Virus record (IMG/VR): IMGVR_UViG_3300028734_000012
Span: 112,333 to 176,332 of that record
From: a virus
Direction: 5' to 3' (one strand)
DNA length: 64,000 bases
Under the pieces are notes generated by a model. That model ran no database searches. It was given only the letters and a program-made list of their open reading frames with translations, and had not been told where the DNA came from. Below, one piece after another: positions 27,844 through 38,261 of the stretch; the first letter of the stretch is position 1; every line of letters begins with the position of its first letter. Both the position numbers and the translations under genes were made by a program.

Positions 27844-28215
27844 TCATCTAATGCCAAGTTTAGATTTGAGTTCAATAATTTTTTTATTTATATCATTTTC
27901 TTCTTTATCTACTCTTCCTTCTTCTTCTGTATATTTAATGACTTCATCAATATATTTTCGGAATTTAATTAATCCATCATGATTATACGCATCAATTAAT
28001 TCATAAATACTTCTACCAAGACCATAACCATAATCGAGACCATAGTTAAGGTTATAGGCATCCTTATCTGGCTTCGGTACATTGATGCTTAATTCAGATT
28101 TTTGCTTTTGTAATGTTCTAATTTGCTCAATTAAATTACACTCTGGTAAATTCTGGTCTACTGAACAAATATTTTGCTTAATTACTGGTTGTGTTTTATT
28201 TTTGTTCCAAAACAT
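27844..28215 (-). CDS. Hypothetical protein
   Basis: AGGAG RBS, operon context. Confidence 0.5.
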   Translation of the reverse strand: MFWNKNKTQPVIKQNICSVDQNLPECNLIEQIRTLQKQKSELSINVPKPDKDAYNLNYGLDYGYGLGRSIYELIDAYNHDGLIKFRKYIDEVIKYTEEEGRVDKEENDINKKIIELKSKLGIR

Positions 28216-28227
28216 TTTTGTTACTCC

Positions 28228-28587
28228 TTATAATTCAAATTCAAATTCTGTACCAATTAAATCTTTTAAACTATTGTTAATTTTATTAATTTCGTTTGTT
28301 CTTATCATATCTGCATCAGATATACTATATTCTGCTCTAACTCTATCAATAATATCTTTCATTATTTCTTCCTTATTTTTATTAGCTAAATATTGTAGAC
28401 TTTTTTCAATACAATTATATTTACCAGTATCATTAAATATAAGCTTAATAATCAATGTACTACCTTTTATATATTTATTAATAAAAGGTATTTTATGGTA
28501 AGTTTGTATTTCAGCGCCTAAATAATCATGAAATGGTCTTTCATAAGTGCCAACGTTAAATCCTGCATTTAATATTTTAAATTTCAT
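28228..28587 (-). CDS. Hypothetical protein
   Basis: Operon context. Confidence 0.5.
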   Translation of the reverse strand: MKFKILNAGFNVGTYERPFHDYLGAEIQTYHKIPFINKYIKGSTLIIKLIFNDTGKYNCIEKSLQYLANKNKEEIMKDIIDRVRAEYSISDADMIRTNEINKINNSLKDLIGTEFEFEL

Positions 28588-29128
28588 TTTTCAATTCCTT
28601 CGGATTAATAATCACAATATTTTTGTTCATACCTTTAGCGTATTTTACACATTTTCCAGTACCGCCTTTAGTCCCATCCCAAACAGCAATAACAATATCT
28701 GATTTATTTACCATATATTCATTACGCTTTTGCATTTTTTCAATATAATAAATATCTTCTTTTTGACCATCGACTTTGTATCCTTCTATCCTATCAACAA
28801 GGGTAAGGATATCTGCTTGATATAGTTGCGTTCTCCATTTTTGAAAATCTTGCTTATTCCATAGGATATATTGTCTTTTAAATGGGACTGCAATTTCAGT
28901 TATAATATTTTTATAGGAACTCTTTAATTTATTACAAACATAAAATGCCATTTGGTCAACACCTAGCGCCCCACCACAAATGAAGTGAAATTCTTCTCCT
29001 TCATTTTCTTTAATTATTTTTGTTACGGTTGTTGTAATAGCAAGAATAACATCTTGATTTTTAGGTATATCCCAATTATAACCACCGAGTTTATTAGGTC
29101 TATGCCCTGTAAAACATATAGTAATCAT
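28577..29128 (-). CDS. SLOG-family (YspA/DUF1273-like) protein
   Basis: CFTGHRP, GGALGVDQ, RNEYMV, AVWDG..GGT. Confidence 0.85.
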   Translation of the reverse strand: MITICFTGHRPNKLGGYNWDIPKNQDVILAITTTVTKIIKENEGEEFHFICGGALGVDQMAFYVCNKLKSSYKNIITEIAVPFKRQYILWNKQDFQKWRTQLYQADILTLVDRIEGYKVDGQKEDIYYIEKMQKRNEYMVNKSDIVIAVWDGTKGGTGKCVKYAKGMNKNIVIINPKELKNEI

Positions 29129-29667
29129 TTATTCTCCGCTATAGCTGTTAAAATATCTAAGACAATTGCATTTACTGAACTTTGAACCCCATCAATTGCT
29201 GTATATTCTATATTATATTTATTTAAAATATCAACTAATTCAACAGCTATTTCATCAGATTCTTGTTCTGTTTGATTCCTACCATTTGTGTCATATACTT
29301 TTTTGCGATTGATAAAGTAATTAAGATTGTTATATTGAGATAATTCATCGATAACTAAATTATCTAATGTTCTTGACTTCTTACCGTATTTGTTATTATA
29401 AAGTACAGTAAGAATTAAAGGTCTATCAGTTACAATAACATCTACTTTGCCATTTACCCTAAATAATCTATGGTTCTGTTTAGCGAATATGTATAGTTCA
29501 TCCTTAAAGGTCTCTTGCCTGTCTTCCCATACTAAGTCTTTAGCGAACTCTGTTACAAGTTCACAGCTAACTCCGAGCCATTTAAGGTGTGCAAACACAT
29601 CTGCCATGATAGTGCTTTTACCAGATGATGGGCTTGCTATTAGATTAACTACTAATGTATTAGCCAT
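29125..29667 (-). CDS. P-loop kinase (AAA_28/NadR-like)
   Basis: VVNLIASPSSGKST, VTEFAKDL.WE, IVTDRP, GRNQ. Confidence 0.75.
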   Translation of the reverse strand: MANTLVVNLIASPSSGKSTIMADVFAHLKWLGVSCELVTEFAKDLVWEDRQETFKDELYIFAKQNHRLFRVNGKVDVIVTDRPLILTVLYNNKYGKKSRTLDNLVIDELSQYNNLNYFINRKKVYDTNGRNQTEQESDEIAVELVDILNKYNIEYTAIDGVQSSVNAIVLDILTAIAENK

Positions 29668-29682
29668 TAAATTCCCTCTTTC

Positions 29683-30120
29683 TTAAAAGCCACTTTCTTG
29701 CATAGTTGCATCAAATAAATTACATTCCAAATGAGTATCATCAATTGCTATAATTTTAAGAGAACGATAATCCCATCTGCCGCAATAATCACCATTAAAA
29801 TAAGAATTGTCACAATCAATAACTACTATTTTACTTTTTCTATTAAACGTACCATTTTTCTTTTTAGGGAAAGTTGAGATAAAGTCTACCATATTAACAT
29901 TTTGTAATTTATTGACTTTAGCTATGACTTTATCTATGTTTTCAATATACTCTGATTGAGTTAAATATATTCTTGATAAATCATCAAATTCCCTATACCC
30001 AAGTTCTACAAATTCGTCTTCTTCATAATCTTCTTTAAGTTCATCCAAAGCCTTTAATATTTTGCTAAAATCATAGTCTATAGATAATTCATTTTTACCA
30101 ATTGTTAATTTATCTTTCAT
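29683..30120 (-). CDS. Hypothetical protein
   Basis: Operon context. Confidence 0.45.
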   Translation of the reverse strand: MKDKLTIGKNELSIDYDFSKILKALDELKEDYEEDEFVELGYREFDDLSRIYLTQSEYIENIDKVIAKVNKLQNVNMVDFISTFPKKKNGTFNRKSKIVVIDCDNSYFNGDYCGRWDYRSLKIIAIDDTHLECNLFDATMQESGF

Positions 30121-30994
30121 TATTACACTCTTTCAATAATAATTTTTTACTAGTAAATCCTGCGGCTGAAAAATGTCCACCACCACCAAAAGATTCAGCA
30201 ACTTTACTACAATCGACTGTCTTATCTGTTGAGAATAAGGAATAGGTGTACTGTGTGCCATCAAAAACATAAACAACCACAAATGGATATTGATTAATCT
30301 TATCTCCAAAAATCCAACTATTTGATTTTTTATTTATAACATAGCATTTATATCCTGCTAGTTCTGATTCATATCCAAAATTAGATAAATAATATTCATT
30401 ATCCGAATCTATATATTTTTTGATAATATTTCCATCGTGAATAATATCGTCCAAAATATTTGTGTGTCCAAATTTATCTTCTGATAATAACCTATCCCAT
30501 ATTGGATTAGATGGTGTCATATTAAGGCTTTCAATCCCTAACTTGAAATATGTGGTCATATCTCCATATTTATAAATCCAACAATCATAATCAGAAACTA
30601 ATTTAATATACATGGGACATTCTTCGAAACTTACGTTATATAAAAACATATAAGTTAATGCCGCACCAGATATCTTATCTTGGATTAAACCTTTGATATT
30701 ATGTAAATTTTTATATTTTTTAATTAACTTTAGTGAAGATATATGGTGGTCACACCACACTATATTAGTAGTTCTATTTAGTATATTTTGGAATTGGTCT
30801 AAAGTTGGTTCTGTGAAAGAATAGTCTACTATGTATACCTTTTCATTATTAGATACAACATCTGGTAATGGTTTAGTATAATCAACTTCAAAGAAATCTT
30901 TTTTAGAAAACGCATACCCATGTTTCTCTTCGTAATTTAAAACAACTGATGCCGCACAAATACCATCCATATCATTATGATAAAAACATTTCAT
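30110..30994 (-). CDS. DHH/DHHA1 phosphoesterase
   Basis: YHNDMDG, IVDYS, CDHH, SGAAL, DYD, FGGGGHFSAAGF. Confidence 0.9.
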   Translation of the reverse strand: MKCFYHNDMDGICAASVVLNYEEKHGYAFSKKDFFEVDYTKPLPDVVSNNEKVYIVDYSFTEPTLDQFQNILNRTTNIVWCDHHISSLKLIKKYKNLHNIKGLIQDKISGAALTYMFLYNVSFEECPMYIKLVSDYDCWIYKYGDMTTYFKLGIESLNMTPSNPIWDRLLSEDKFGHTNILDDIIHDGNIIKKYIDSDNEYYLSNFGYESELAGYKCYVINKKSNSWIFGDKINQYPFVVVYVFDGTQYTYSLFSTDKTVDCSKVAESFGGGGHFSAAGFTSKKLLLKECNNER

Positions 30995-31007
30995 TAATTT
31001 ATTCTCC

Positions 31008-31424
31008 TTATAATTTACATACTAAAATTTTACAATCCGTATCTTTAAACACATCTTCGATAATCTGCCTAACCATTCCCCATTGAAGCCTGTCTCTTGT
31101 GCAACCTAACTTGTAAATCGCTATTTTTTCAATCTTCTTTTCAATAATAATATCTCTCATCATTTCTAATGATTTAGTCAGCGATTCATATGTAGGCTTA
31201 TTCCAATACTTAGATTTTGTTACCAAATTAAATACTTTATTTACTAGAATACAATCTGGATATGTACGCTTACCATTTTGATGTAGGTATTGTCTTAGAT
31301 GAAATCTTTTTTGGAACTCAACCGCTATTCCTGCCCCTAGTTCATAATCAGCAGAAATACAATGTGCTAGATAATATTCATTTGGAAGATTGAATAAATT
31401 ATATTTTATTTCTTTAATTTTCAT
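31008..31424 (-). CDS. Macrodomain ADP-ribose hydrolase (Poa1p/DarG-like)
   Basis: LAHCISAD..LGAGIAVEF, FNLVTK, KPTY, LGC..DRL.W. Confidence 0.85.
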   Translation of the reverse strand: MKIKEIKYNLFNLPNEYYLAHCISADYELGAGIAVEFQKRFHLRQYLHQNGKRTYPDCILVNKVFNLVTKSKYWNKPTYESLTKSLEMMRDIIIEKKIEKIAIYKLGCTRDRLQWGMVRQIIEDVFKDTDCKILVCKL

Positions 31425-31434
31425 TTTGTCCTTT

Positions 31435-31617
31435 CTAAACTGATTTAACTAATTCGTAATCATCAGCCGTATTTTCATTAATATAGTCTATCATACCTAA
31501 ATATTTCAAATTATCCATACTAAATGTATTAACATTAACTTGATGAGTAATTTGATATTTAACTTTTGACTTTTTATTTATAATGGTATCTCCAATTTTA
31601 ATAATTTTATATTCCAT
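31435..31617 (-). CDS. Hypothetical protein
   Basis: AGGAG RBS. Confidence 0.45.
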   Translation of the reverse strand: MEYKIIKIGDTIINKKSKVKYQITHQVNVNTFSMDNLKYLGMIDYINENTADDYELVKSV

Positions 31618-31630
31618 TGTAATGTCTCCT

Positions 31631-31993
31631 TTAGAATATCATACAAACTAATATTTGTACAATGTGTAAACTCTGGTCAATGTAAAGTGAATGCCAATCT
31701 GAAATATTAAGTTTCTTATACCATCCTCTACATTTCCATGCATCAATTAACATATGACCAAATACTAAGAATGCTAGTTTTAATGGGATATATGCGAATC
31801 CAAAAATCATAAGACCAAATGTAATACCGATACCCCAAATTGCAGAATGGACAAATAGTATATAATTACTCTTTGCCTTATAAGTTGCTAAAAATTCACT
31901 TTGAAGTGAATAATCCAATAATAGATTTATCCAATATAAAAAGATAAATATATAAAAAGGATTTTGTTTTATTTGTTCTAATAAAATATTCAT
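31631..31993 (-). CDS. DUF3307-like membrane protein
   Basis: DYSLQ..FLA..K, LFVHS.IW, H..ID.WK, DQ.LH. Confidence 0.75.
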   Translation of the reverse strand: MNILLEQIKQNPFYIFIFLYWINLLLDYSLQSEFLATYKAKSNYILFVHSAIWGIGITFGLMIFGFAYIPLKLAFLVFGHMLIDAWKCRGWYKKLNISDWHSLYIDQSLHIVQILVCMIF

Positions 31994-32017
31994 TTGTGTA
32001 CTCCTTTATTTATTCCC

Positions 32018-32060
32018 TATATATATTATAGTATATTTTAATTGTTTTGTCAAGTAAATT
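32018..32060 (-). promoter_or_regulatory. Conserved phage sigmaA-type promoter P1
   Basis: AATTTAC-TTGACA(32053-32048)-17 nt-TATAAT(32030-32025)-ATATATAG. Confidence 0.85.
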
Positions 32061-32460
32061 AGGAATTAAATTCTTTTATATTATATCCATAAGAATTAAG
32101 CCAATCGGCTACTAGATGACGATGGCAAAAATCTTCTGGTTTTTCGTAACAAATAAGGGCGATACTATCATGGATATTCATATTGTAATATGAAGTATTT
32201 TTCATCAAATCTGCTAAATCTTTAAGTACTTTTTTATAATCTAGTTTATCTAATACTTCTGATTGGAAATGTTCTATGTAAAAATCATTATCATGATTTT
32301 CTTTCCACTCCATAAAGAATTTATATTTAGGAGCAAGTTTCTTATATTCTAATCCATCCCATCCTTTAGGACTTTTACCACAAATTGCAATTGGAATAAT
32401 GTTTGGTGTAAGATTCTTTATATTAGAAAAATAACTTGTATATATCATTTTATACTCCAT
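32059..32460 (-). CDS. DUF488-like protein
   Basis: IYTSYF, YKKLAP, LICYEKP..FCHRHLVADWL. Confidence 0.75.
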   Translation of the reverse strand: MEYKMIYTSYFSNIKNLTPNIIPIAICGKSPKGWDGLEYKKLAPKYKFFMEWKENHDNDFYIEHFQSEVLDKLDYKKVLKDLADLMKNTSYYNMNIHDSIALICYEKPEDFCHRHLVADWLNSYGYNIKEFNS

Positions 32461-32463
32461 CCT

Positions 32464-32496
32464 AAAAAGGGCAAGCTAACAAAAGCTTACCCTTTT
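32464..32496 (-). terminator. Intrinsic terminator after dUTPase
   Basis: AAAAGGGTAAGCT / AGCTTGCCCTTTTT on - strand. Confidence 0.7.
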
Positions 32497-32504
32497 AATA
32501 TTAT

Positions 32505-33035
32505 TTATTTACCGCTACTACCTAACATTCCCATACCACGTTTTGATTCAATCTTTTTTAAATCTTCATATGGAAGTTCTTCAATATTTGTTTTAGGTAC
32601 TGGTAGTAGTAACGATTGGGTAATAGCTTTTTTATATGGATAAATTATTACATCATTTCCAAACTTTAATTTTATTGATTCTATTTGTTCATTCTTTTCT
32701 TTTTCGTCTTCTTTAAATTTTAGAATAATAATAAAATTATTTGTGGTATTAGTAATAGGAACTTTCCATTCGTTTCTAAATCCAGAATCAATTACTCCAC
32801 AACGTTGTGCAATACCTTTTGTACCAGTTGAACCACGTTCTTTTAAAATCATAACATATTCATCTGAAAATGCAGATGCGATTCCTGTTTCAATCATGAC
32901 TGTTGTATGAGGATTTATTACTAAATATTCTTGTGTAAAATTTGCATATATATCATATCCTGCATTTTCTATATCTTTATTTGGTATAACCCCATCACTT
33001 TTTACTTTTGAAAAATAAACTTTAATTTCACTCAT
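32505..33035 (-). CDS. dut: Trimeric dUTPase
   Basis: AGYDI, ERGSTG, GVIDSGFRNEW, RGMGMLGSSG; ATG 33035 has an AAGGAG RBS. Confidence 0.92.
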   Translation of the reverse strand: MSEIKVYFSKVKSDGVIPNKDIENAGYDIYANFTQEYLVINPHTTVMIETGIASAFSDEYVMILKERGSTGTKGIAQRCGVIDSGFRNEWKVPITNTTNNFIIILKFKEDEKEKNEQIESIKLKFGNDVIIYPYKKAITQSLLLPVPKTNIEELPYEDLKKIESKRGMGMLGSSGK

Positions 33036-33051
33036 ATTAAAATCTCCTTTA

Positions 33052-33552
33052 TTATATATCATTTTTTATAAATCTAGCGTTATTGATATCTCGTTTTCTT
33101 GGATTAATTAAATTATGTAGTCTCCTATGTTCTGACTTTGTTAATACTAATAAATTATTTACATCATTATTTAATTTATTGAAATCTTTATGATGAACTT
33201 CATATTTTGGTAATAGATACTTAATGCCATTAATTTCTACACTATTTTCTTTATTTAATAAATATTTTTCTGCAACTAATCTATGCTCAAAAACAAAATC
33301 ATCATCATTCTTAAATGGATGATTAGGACATCTAATAAGTTTATACCCATGACTAATTCGTTTATCAGATTTCCATGATGTATTTAGATTTCCTTTTAAC
33401 CCATATTGTGGATTATTTTTACCTTTAAATGTTTCTTTTTTATCTATTCCCATACATTTCCTTGAACAATAATTATGTTTAGATATACGTGATGGTTTTC
33501 TATGAAATTTTTTATTACATATTTCACATTCACAATTCACTTCGCTTTTCAA
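33052..33552 (-). CDS. Free-standing HNH homing endonuclease with Zn finger
   Basis: CEICNK...CSRKC; FEHRLVAE; VHHKDFNKLNNDVNNL...EHRRLH. Confidence 0.85.
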   Translation of the reverse strand: MKSEVNCECEICNKKFHRKPSRISKHNYCSRKCMGIDKKETFKGKNNPQYGLKGNLNTSWKSDKRISHGYKLIRCPNHPFKNDDDFVFEHRLVAEKYLLNKENSVEINGIKYLLPKYEVHHKDFNKLNNDVNNLLVLTKSEHRRLHNLINPRKRDINNARFIKNDI

Positions 33553-35897
33553 CTACATCTACTCCATCCACATGACTTACATAAATTACATCCACCTTCA
33601 AATATTAATGGCTCGGCACATTGAGGACAAATACCAGTTTTTATTAGTTGCTCTTTAGGGTCAGCCACAATGCAAGAATCAATTATTTTAGTAGGTTGTT
33701 TAATAACTTGTGGAATGGTAATCTTTTTTGGTTTAATTTCTTCTTCTGTCTCATCGTCTTCTTCATCATCATCTTCATCATCTAATCCTAATTCGCTTCT
33801 GACTTCTTTATACATATCAATTAATGCATTTCCAATAGCCATTGGACAGCAAGCGCCTTTTGATGTATCATGTTTTAATACCGTTCTATTGGTATATGAC
33901 GAACAAAGTCCACTACTATTTAATTGGTCTACGATGGTATAAATATTTCCGCCCAACCTAGCGCACAATGAAATTGTACGAGACAATCCAATCATGAAAT
34001 TATTACAACCGCCACTCGAACCTTTATCAAAGAACGTTTCAAGTAAATCACCAGTCACAGGGTCAAACCATGCTGTACAATGTAAACTACCACAACCAGT
34101 AATTAATCTACGTTTCTTACCAATCTCATCATTATTTATTAATAAGATATCTCCACGTTTTAATTCTGTCAGTACTTTTTTATCTTTATTGTCATCTATA
34201 GAAGTTAATATTCCAGTACGTTTGCATCCATCAACATAAATTGTCATTCCTTTAAGCTTTTGTTCCCAACCATATAAATAAACTTTCTCTATATCATCTA
34301 ATGTTGATTCTTTAGGTAAGTTTAAAGTAGAACTAATAGCTGTATCGATATGTTTTTGCATTGTTGATTGCATATCAATTCTATTTTTCCAAGGAATCAT
34401 ATCTGATGATACAAAATATTCTGGTAATGTTTTTGTATCATATTTTTTCATATACTCTGTTGCTTCGTCAATAAATACATCATAATAAACATCTTGATTT
34501 TTATGCAGTGTTTCTGTTTTACGTTTATAAGACATTCTAAATATAGGTTCACATCCAGTACTAACATTTAACATTGTACCAATGCTACCAGATGGTGCAA
34601 TTGATAATAAAGAACAATTGCGTAACCCATATAATTTTAATTCTTCAATTTCATCATCCGTAAAATGTTCTTTAATGATTTTTGATTTCCAAACTAATTC
34701 TGTATATTTTGGAAATGAGCCTTTAGAAACTGCATTATCTGATGAAGAAATAACCGCGCTTCTAAACATTTCGTACAAAATACTATCTATAAGTTTTAAT
34801 GATTGTTCATCTCCGTATGTAATACCCATTTTTAAGAACATTGAAGCAACACCCATAACCCCTAATCCAGTATTTCTATAGTTTATAGCCATATCTCTTT
34901 GTTCTTGTAATGCATGATACTTGAATCCATAGTCTAAAACTTCATCTAAAGCTGTAATAGCAATTCCAACATCATTTTTGAAAGAATTTAAATCAAATTC
35001 AGCATTTTCTGTATATGGGTTAATAACATATTCTGATAGATTCATTGACCCTAAATTACAAGCCCCATTTTTTGGAAGTGGCTGTTCCCCACATGGATTA
35101 CCAGTAACTACTTTATAATCATCAACAAATTCCATAATATTATGATTTCTAAATTCATTTGTAAATATGATTCCTGGCTCTGCCCAATCAAAAGCATTTA
35201 AACACATTGATTTATATACATCTATTGGGCAAACATCATATTTAATTTCCCCACTGTCGTATTTAAAGGTAATATGTTTAATTAATTTTTCACCAGTCAA
35301 GTAAAAATGTTTTACCATATCCATAAATTCATTATCTATTTCAAGTGATAAATTCGCCTTTTCAATTTCTCCTGTCTTACTTTTAACAGTAATAAAAGTC
35401 TCTGCTTCTTTATGCCATGCATCAAGAGACATCATTAATGCACCTTTACGAGAACCGCCTTGTGAAATACTTTCTGTAACTCTGTCAAAAATTCTCATAA
35501 AAGGGATTATACCATCTGATTCATAGCCACCACTTGTGGAAGACCCTTTTGGTCTAATTTTTGATAATGATAATCCTTGACCACCTTGCGTTTTATATGT
35601 AATAGCAAGATTCTTTGCTAAATCCATTATTTCAGAAACACTATCTGGCGCATATCCACTAGAATAACAATTTGATGTGCTTGCATTTCTTCCAGTATTA
35701 TAGTTAGTCATAGTACGACCACCATAAATAAATTTCTTTTTTAAAATCATATTTTTAATAGATTCATTACCATTAGAAATCCTGTTAATCATTTCATCAA
35801 ATGTTTCTTTTTTACCATTTAATGTTTGCATATATTTTCCTGTACAAATATCAATCCCAAGTGTATTATTTTCGCCTAACCATTGTTCAACTGTCAA
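33549..35897 (-). CDS. nrdJ: Class II (B12-dependent) ribonucleotide reductase with C-terminal TSCPD-like domain
   Basis: SNCY, QGGSRKGALM, NPCGEQPL, ACNLGS, SIAPSGS; C-terminal CPQC...EGGC.LCKSCGWSRC. Confidence 0.92.
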   Translation of the reverse strand: MTVEQWLGENNTLGIDICTGKYMQTLNGKKETFDEMINRISNGNESIKNMILKKKFIYGGRTMTNYNTGRNASTSNCYSSGYAPDSVSEIMDLAKNLAITYKTQGGQGLSLSKIRPKGSSTSGGYESDGIIPFMRIFDRVTESISQGGSRKGALMMSLDAWHKEAETFITVKSKTGEIEKANLSLEIDNEFMDMVKHFYLTGEKLIKHITFKYDSGEIKYDVCPIDVYKSMCLNAFDWAEPGIIFTNEFRNHNIMEFVDDYKVVTGNPCGEQPLPKNGACNLGSMNLSEYVINPYTENAEFDLNSFKNDVGIAITALDEVLDYGFKYHALQEQRDMAINYRNTGLGVMGVASMFLKMGITYGDEQSLKLIDSILYEMFRSAVISSSDNAVSKGSFPKYTELVWKSKIIKEHFTDDEIEELKLYGLRNCSLLSIAPSGSIGTMLNVSTGCEPIFRMSYKRKTETLHKNQDVYYDVFIDEATEYMKKYDTKTLPEYFVSSDMIPWKNRIDMQSTMQKHIDTAISSTLNLPKESTLDDIEKVYLYGWEQKLKGMTIYVDGCKRTGILTSIDDNKDKKVLTELKRGDILLINNDEIGKKRRLITGCGSLHCTAWFDPVTGDLLETFFDKGSSGGCNNFMIGLSRTISLCARLGGNIYTIVDQLNSSGLCSSYTNRTVLKHDTSKGACCPMAIGNALIDMYKEVRSELGLDDEDDDEEDDETEEEIKPKKITIPQVIKQPTKIIDSCIVADPKEQLIKTGICPQCAEPLIFEGGCNLCKSCGWSRCS

Positions 35898-36480
35898 TAT
35901 TCGTTCCCCCTATACATGATTTATATTCTTGAATATATTTATAAACATCAGCCCAATCACCTGCAAGGTCAATCTGATATTTATTAACATCAAATCCTTG
36001 ATTCCACGGATATTTTAATAATATCTTTTTGTATTTTCCGTCAACTAAATTATGTACAGCATCATCTACCATGATATCTACATCAACCATTTGCTTATTT
36101 CCGCAAACAAATAAATGCTTATGAAGATTTATAAATGGATACTCTTTTTTAAATATGTTAATTTTAGTCTCTAGTATTGTTGGGGCTGTATCCGTTATCA
36201 AATACAAATCTATATCATTATCTTTACTCAATTTTTTCATATATAATTGAGATTCATATAACGGTTGTACACGCTCCCAAAGTTTAGGGTTTACCCACAA
36301 ATCTTCTACAAGTCTTTTATACTCTTTTGGAAATATATTTCTCATATCCCATTCAGTAATATCTTCCATTGTATAGTGTAACCCTGTGTATTCATTAAAT
36401 AAACTTATGAATGCGAATGTCGAATCGAATAAGACACAATCATAATCTACTCCAACTTTTATCTTATTTATTTTCACCAA
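35887..36480 (-). CDS. 5'(3')-deoxyribonucleotidase (NT5C, HAD)
   Basis: VDYDCVL, K.....DIMVDD..HNL, PWN. Confidence 0.85.
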   Translation of the reverse strand: MVKINKIKVGVDYDCVLFDSTFAFISLFNEYTGLHYTMEDITEWDMRNIFPKEYKRLVEDLWVNPKLWERVQPLYESQLYMKKLSKDNDIDLYLITDTAPTILETKINIFKKEYPFINLHKHLFVCGNKQMVDVDIMVDDAVHNLVDGKYKKILLKYPWNQGFDVNKYQIDLAGDWADVYKYIQEYKSCIGGTNIDS

Positions 36481-36970
36481 TCTCCTTTATAAATTTAATT
36501 GCTTCTTGTTCTAAATCTTCAATCGTATCATTATTATTTATAGTATAGTCATATGCAAAATTTAATACATTTGCATCAGCCATATTTGATTCAATCCGCT
36601 TTATATTGTTATTAGTAATTAATAATGTTTTTGCCCCAAAATCATTTACAAATCTTTGGATTTCGTCTGGTTCACGAACGTGTATGAACAGAAATGGACA
36701 ATTATTCCCTTTGAATATATCGATTACTTCTACAACATCTTTATAAGGCATATCATTATAATCTGAAAATAATAGTTTTAAATCGCTTAATAATTTTCTA
36801 TCTTTTTCTGTTTTACCGCCATCCCATCCACCTATTTTAGCAATCATCTTTACTTTGTTAACAGATGAATAATTCATTACTTGATATTTACAGTTCTTCT
36901 TTACTAAATGTACGAAAGTATCCTTTCCCCATGAGCCAGAACCGTTGATGATTATAATCGTTTTATTCAA
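36464..36970 (-). CDS. P-loop deoxynucleotide kinase-like protein
   Basis: IINGSGSWGKDT, GWDG.K..KDRKLLSDLK, HVREP.EI; TTG start with GAGGGG RBS. Confidence 0.7.
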   Translation of the reverse strand: MNKTIIIINGSGSWGKDTFVHLVKKNCKYQVMNYSSVNKVKMIAKIGGWDGGKTEKDRKLLSDLKLLFSDYNDMPYKDVVEVIDIFKGNNCPFLFIHVREPDEIQRFVNDFGAKTLLITNNNIKRIESNMADANVLNFAYDYTINNNDTIEDLEQEAIKFIKEIGENK

Positions 36971-36971
36971 T

Positions 36972-37580
36972 TTATTCCCCCTCTTTTTTAGATAGTCTCT
37001 TGTAAAAATCATCATTATATGCCGCATATCTTTCTCTGATATCTAACATATTAATATCTTTGTGAGTTTCTGTAAATTTTTCCCAAAAGTTACATGGTTT
37101 AAATTCTGGACACCCACAACGATAAATGCAGTTTGGAACAAGAACATTTGCTATTTCTGGTTCTGGTTTATGTATTGTATACTTCAAATCTTCCGCAAGT
37201 TTTCTAGCTTCATCAGCGGCTTGATAACATAATCTTTTACGTTCTGTGTCAATTAAATTTTGTGGGTTAGCGAACCCATTAAAATCAACTAAACTATCTT
37301 GTGGTTTTTTATCTCTATCTTCGCCAGTTCTATCAGTTCGCTGTGTTCCAATGAATTTTTCCCATTTATGTCGTGACCACTCTGTACTAACCCAATATTT
37401 AATATTTTTCCAAACCCATAAAATATTAATGATTCTAATTGGGCTATGCTCTGAAATTAGAAGGTCTTCTTTAAATTTTTGAGAAGGTTCGTTCTCTGTA
37501 AAATCTTTATTTACAGTTGTTCTACAACAATTCTTAACAGTTTTCCAACTGCCATAAATTTCATTAATTTCAGTTTTCAA
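36972..37580 (-). CDS. thyX: Flavin-dependent thymidylate synthase (ThyX/Thy1-like)
   Basis: SEHSPIR, WVSTEWSRHK, QRTDRTG, KRLC, VPNC.YR.GCPE; TTG start after AAGGAG. Confidence 0.75.
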   Translation of the reverse strand: MKTEINEIYGSWKTVKNCCRTTVNKDFTENEPSQKFKEDLLISEHSPIRIINILWVWKNIKYWVSTEWSRHKWEKFIGTQRTDRTGEDRDKKPQDSLVDFNGFANPQNLIDTERKRLCYQAADEARKLAEDLKYTIHKPEPEIANVLVPNCIYRCGCPEFKPCNFWEKFTETHKDINMLDIRERYAAYNDDFYKRLSKKEGE

Positions 37581-37602
37581 ATAGTTTCTCCTTATATTAC
37601 TA

Positions 37603-38244
37603 TCACATAGTACTATAATATGTATTACCAATTTGTTTCCATAGTTTACCTAAATGCCTATACTCTGACTGATATACAACATTGGAAGGACAAAGAGTTT
37701 CACCTTCTAAAACTCTTTTAGCAATTGCATAAGCCCTCTTAACAGCTTCTTGTTCACAAGCATTTTTTGCTCTGCTAGGGAATTTTACACCATTTTCAAA
37801 CCCTGCATATTGACCTTCTGATTCTAAAACTCCACGGATGGTGTTAGCAAACTTGCCACTTTTTACTCTATTTATAATAACATTGCCATCGAGTATTCTT
37901 TGAATATCTGTGGCATTATTTCCACCGTGTTCATTATATATACCTGCCGCCATACAAAACAAATCATCGTCAGTATAGTTATAAACCTTTTTAGAAATTT
38001 CTTTAGGCGGCGGTGTATATATTGATTTAATTTTCATATCACTAACTTTTTCTTTAGTGATTAAACTAATCTCGTTAAAGACTGTTGGTTCGCTAGTGTT
38101 CTCTATTTTACCAATACAATTCTCTATTTTGTATTTATGAATTGGCGTTTCTGTAGCTTTCACTTGAAAGTCTATTCTATCACTCATTAATGATATTGAT
38201 AACATGAGTGCTAATGAAAGGCATATCGCGCTAGTCCTTTGCAC
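37603..38244 (-). CDS. SleB-like cell wall hydrolase (Hydrolase_2) with signal peptide
   Basis: N-terminal hydrophobic leader; MAAGIYNEHG...NVIINRV....FANTIRGVL...QY. Confidence 0.8.
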   Translation of the reverse strand: MQRTSAICLSLALMLSISLMSDRIDFQVKATETPIHKYKIENCIGKIENTSEPTVFNEISLITKEKVSDMKIKSIYTPPPKEISKKVYNYTDDDLFCMAAGIYNEHGGNNATDIQRILDGNVIINRVKSGKFANTIRGVLESEGQYAGFENGVKFPSRAKNACEQEAVKRAYAIAKRVLEGETLCPSNVVYQSEYRHLGKLWKQIGNTYYSTM

Positions 38245-38261
38245 AAAATCACGCTCCTTAG

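Noticed and set aside
27749-27847. 32-codon ORF (MTVSAYVISDLK...) overlapping the upstream stop
   Set aside because: Too short, no RBS or motif; coding status cannot be supported.
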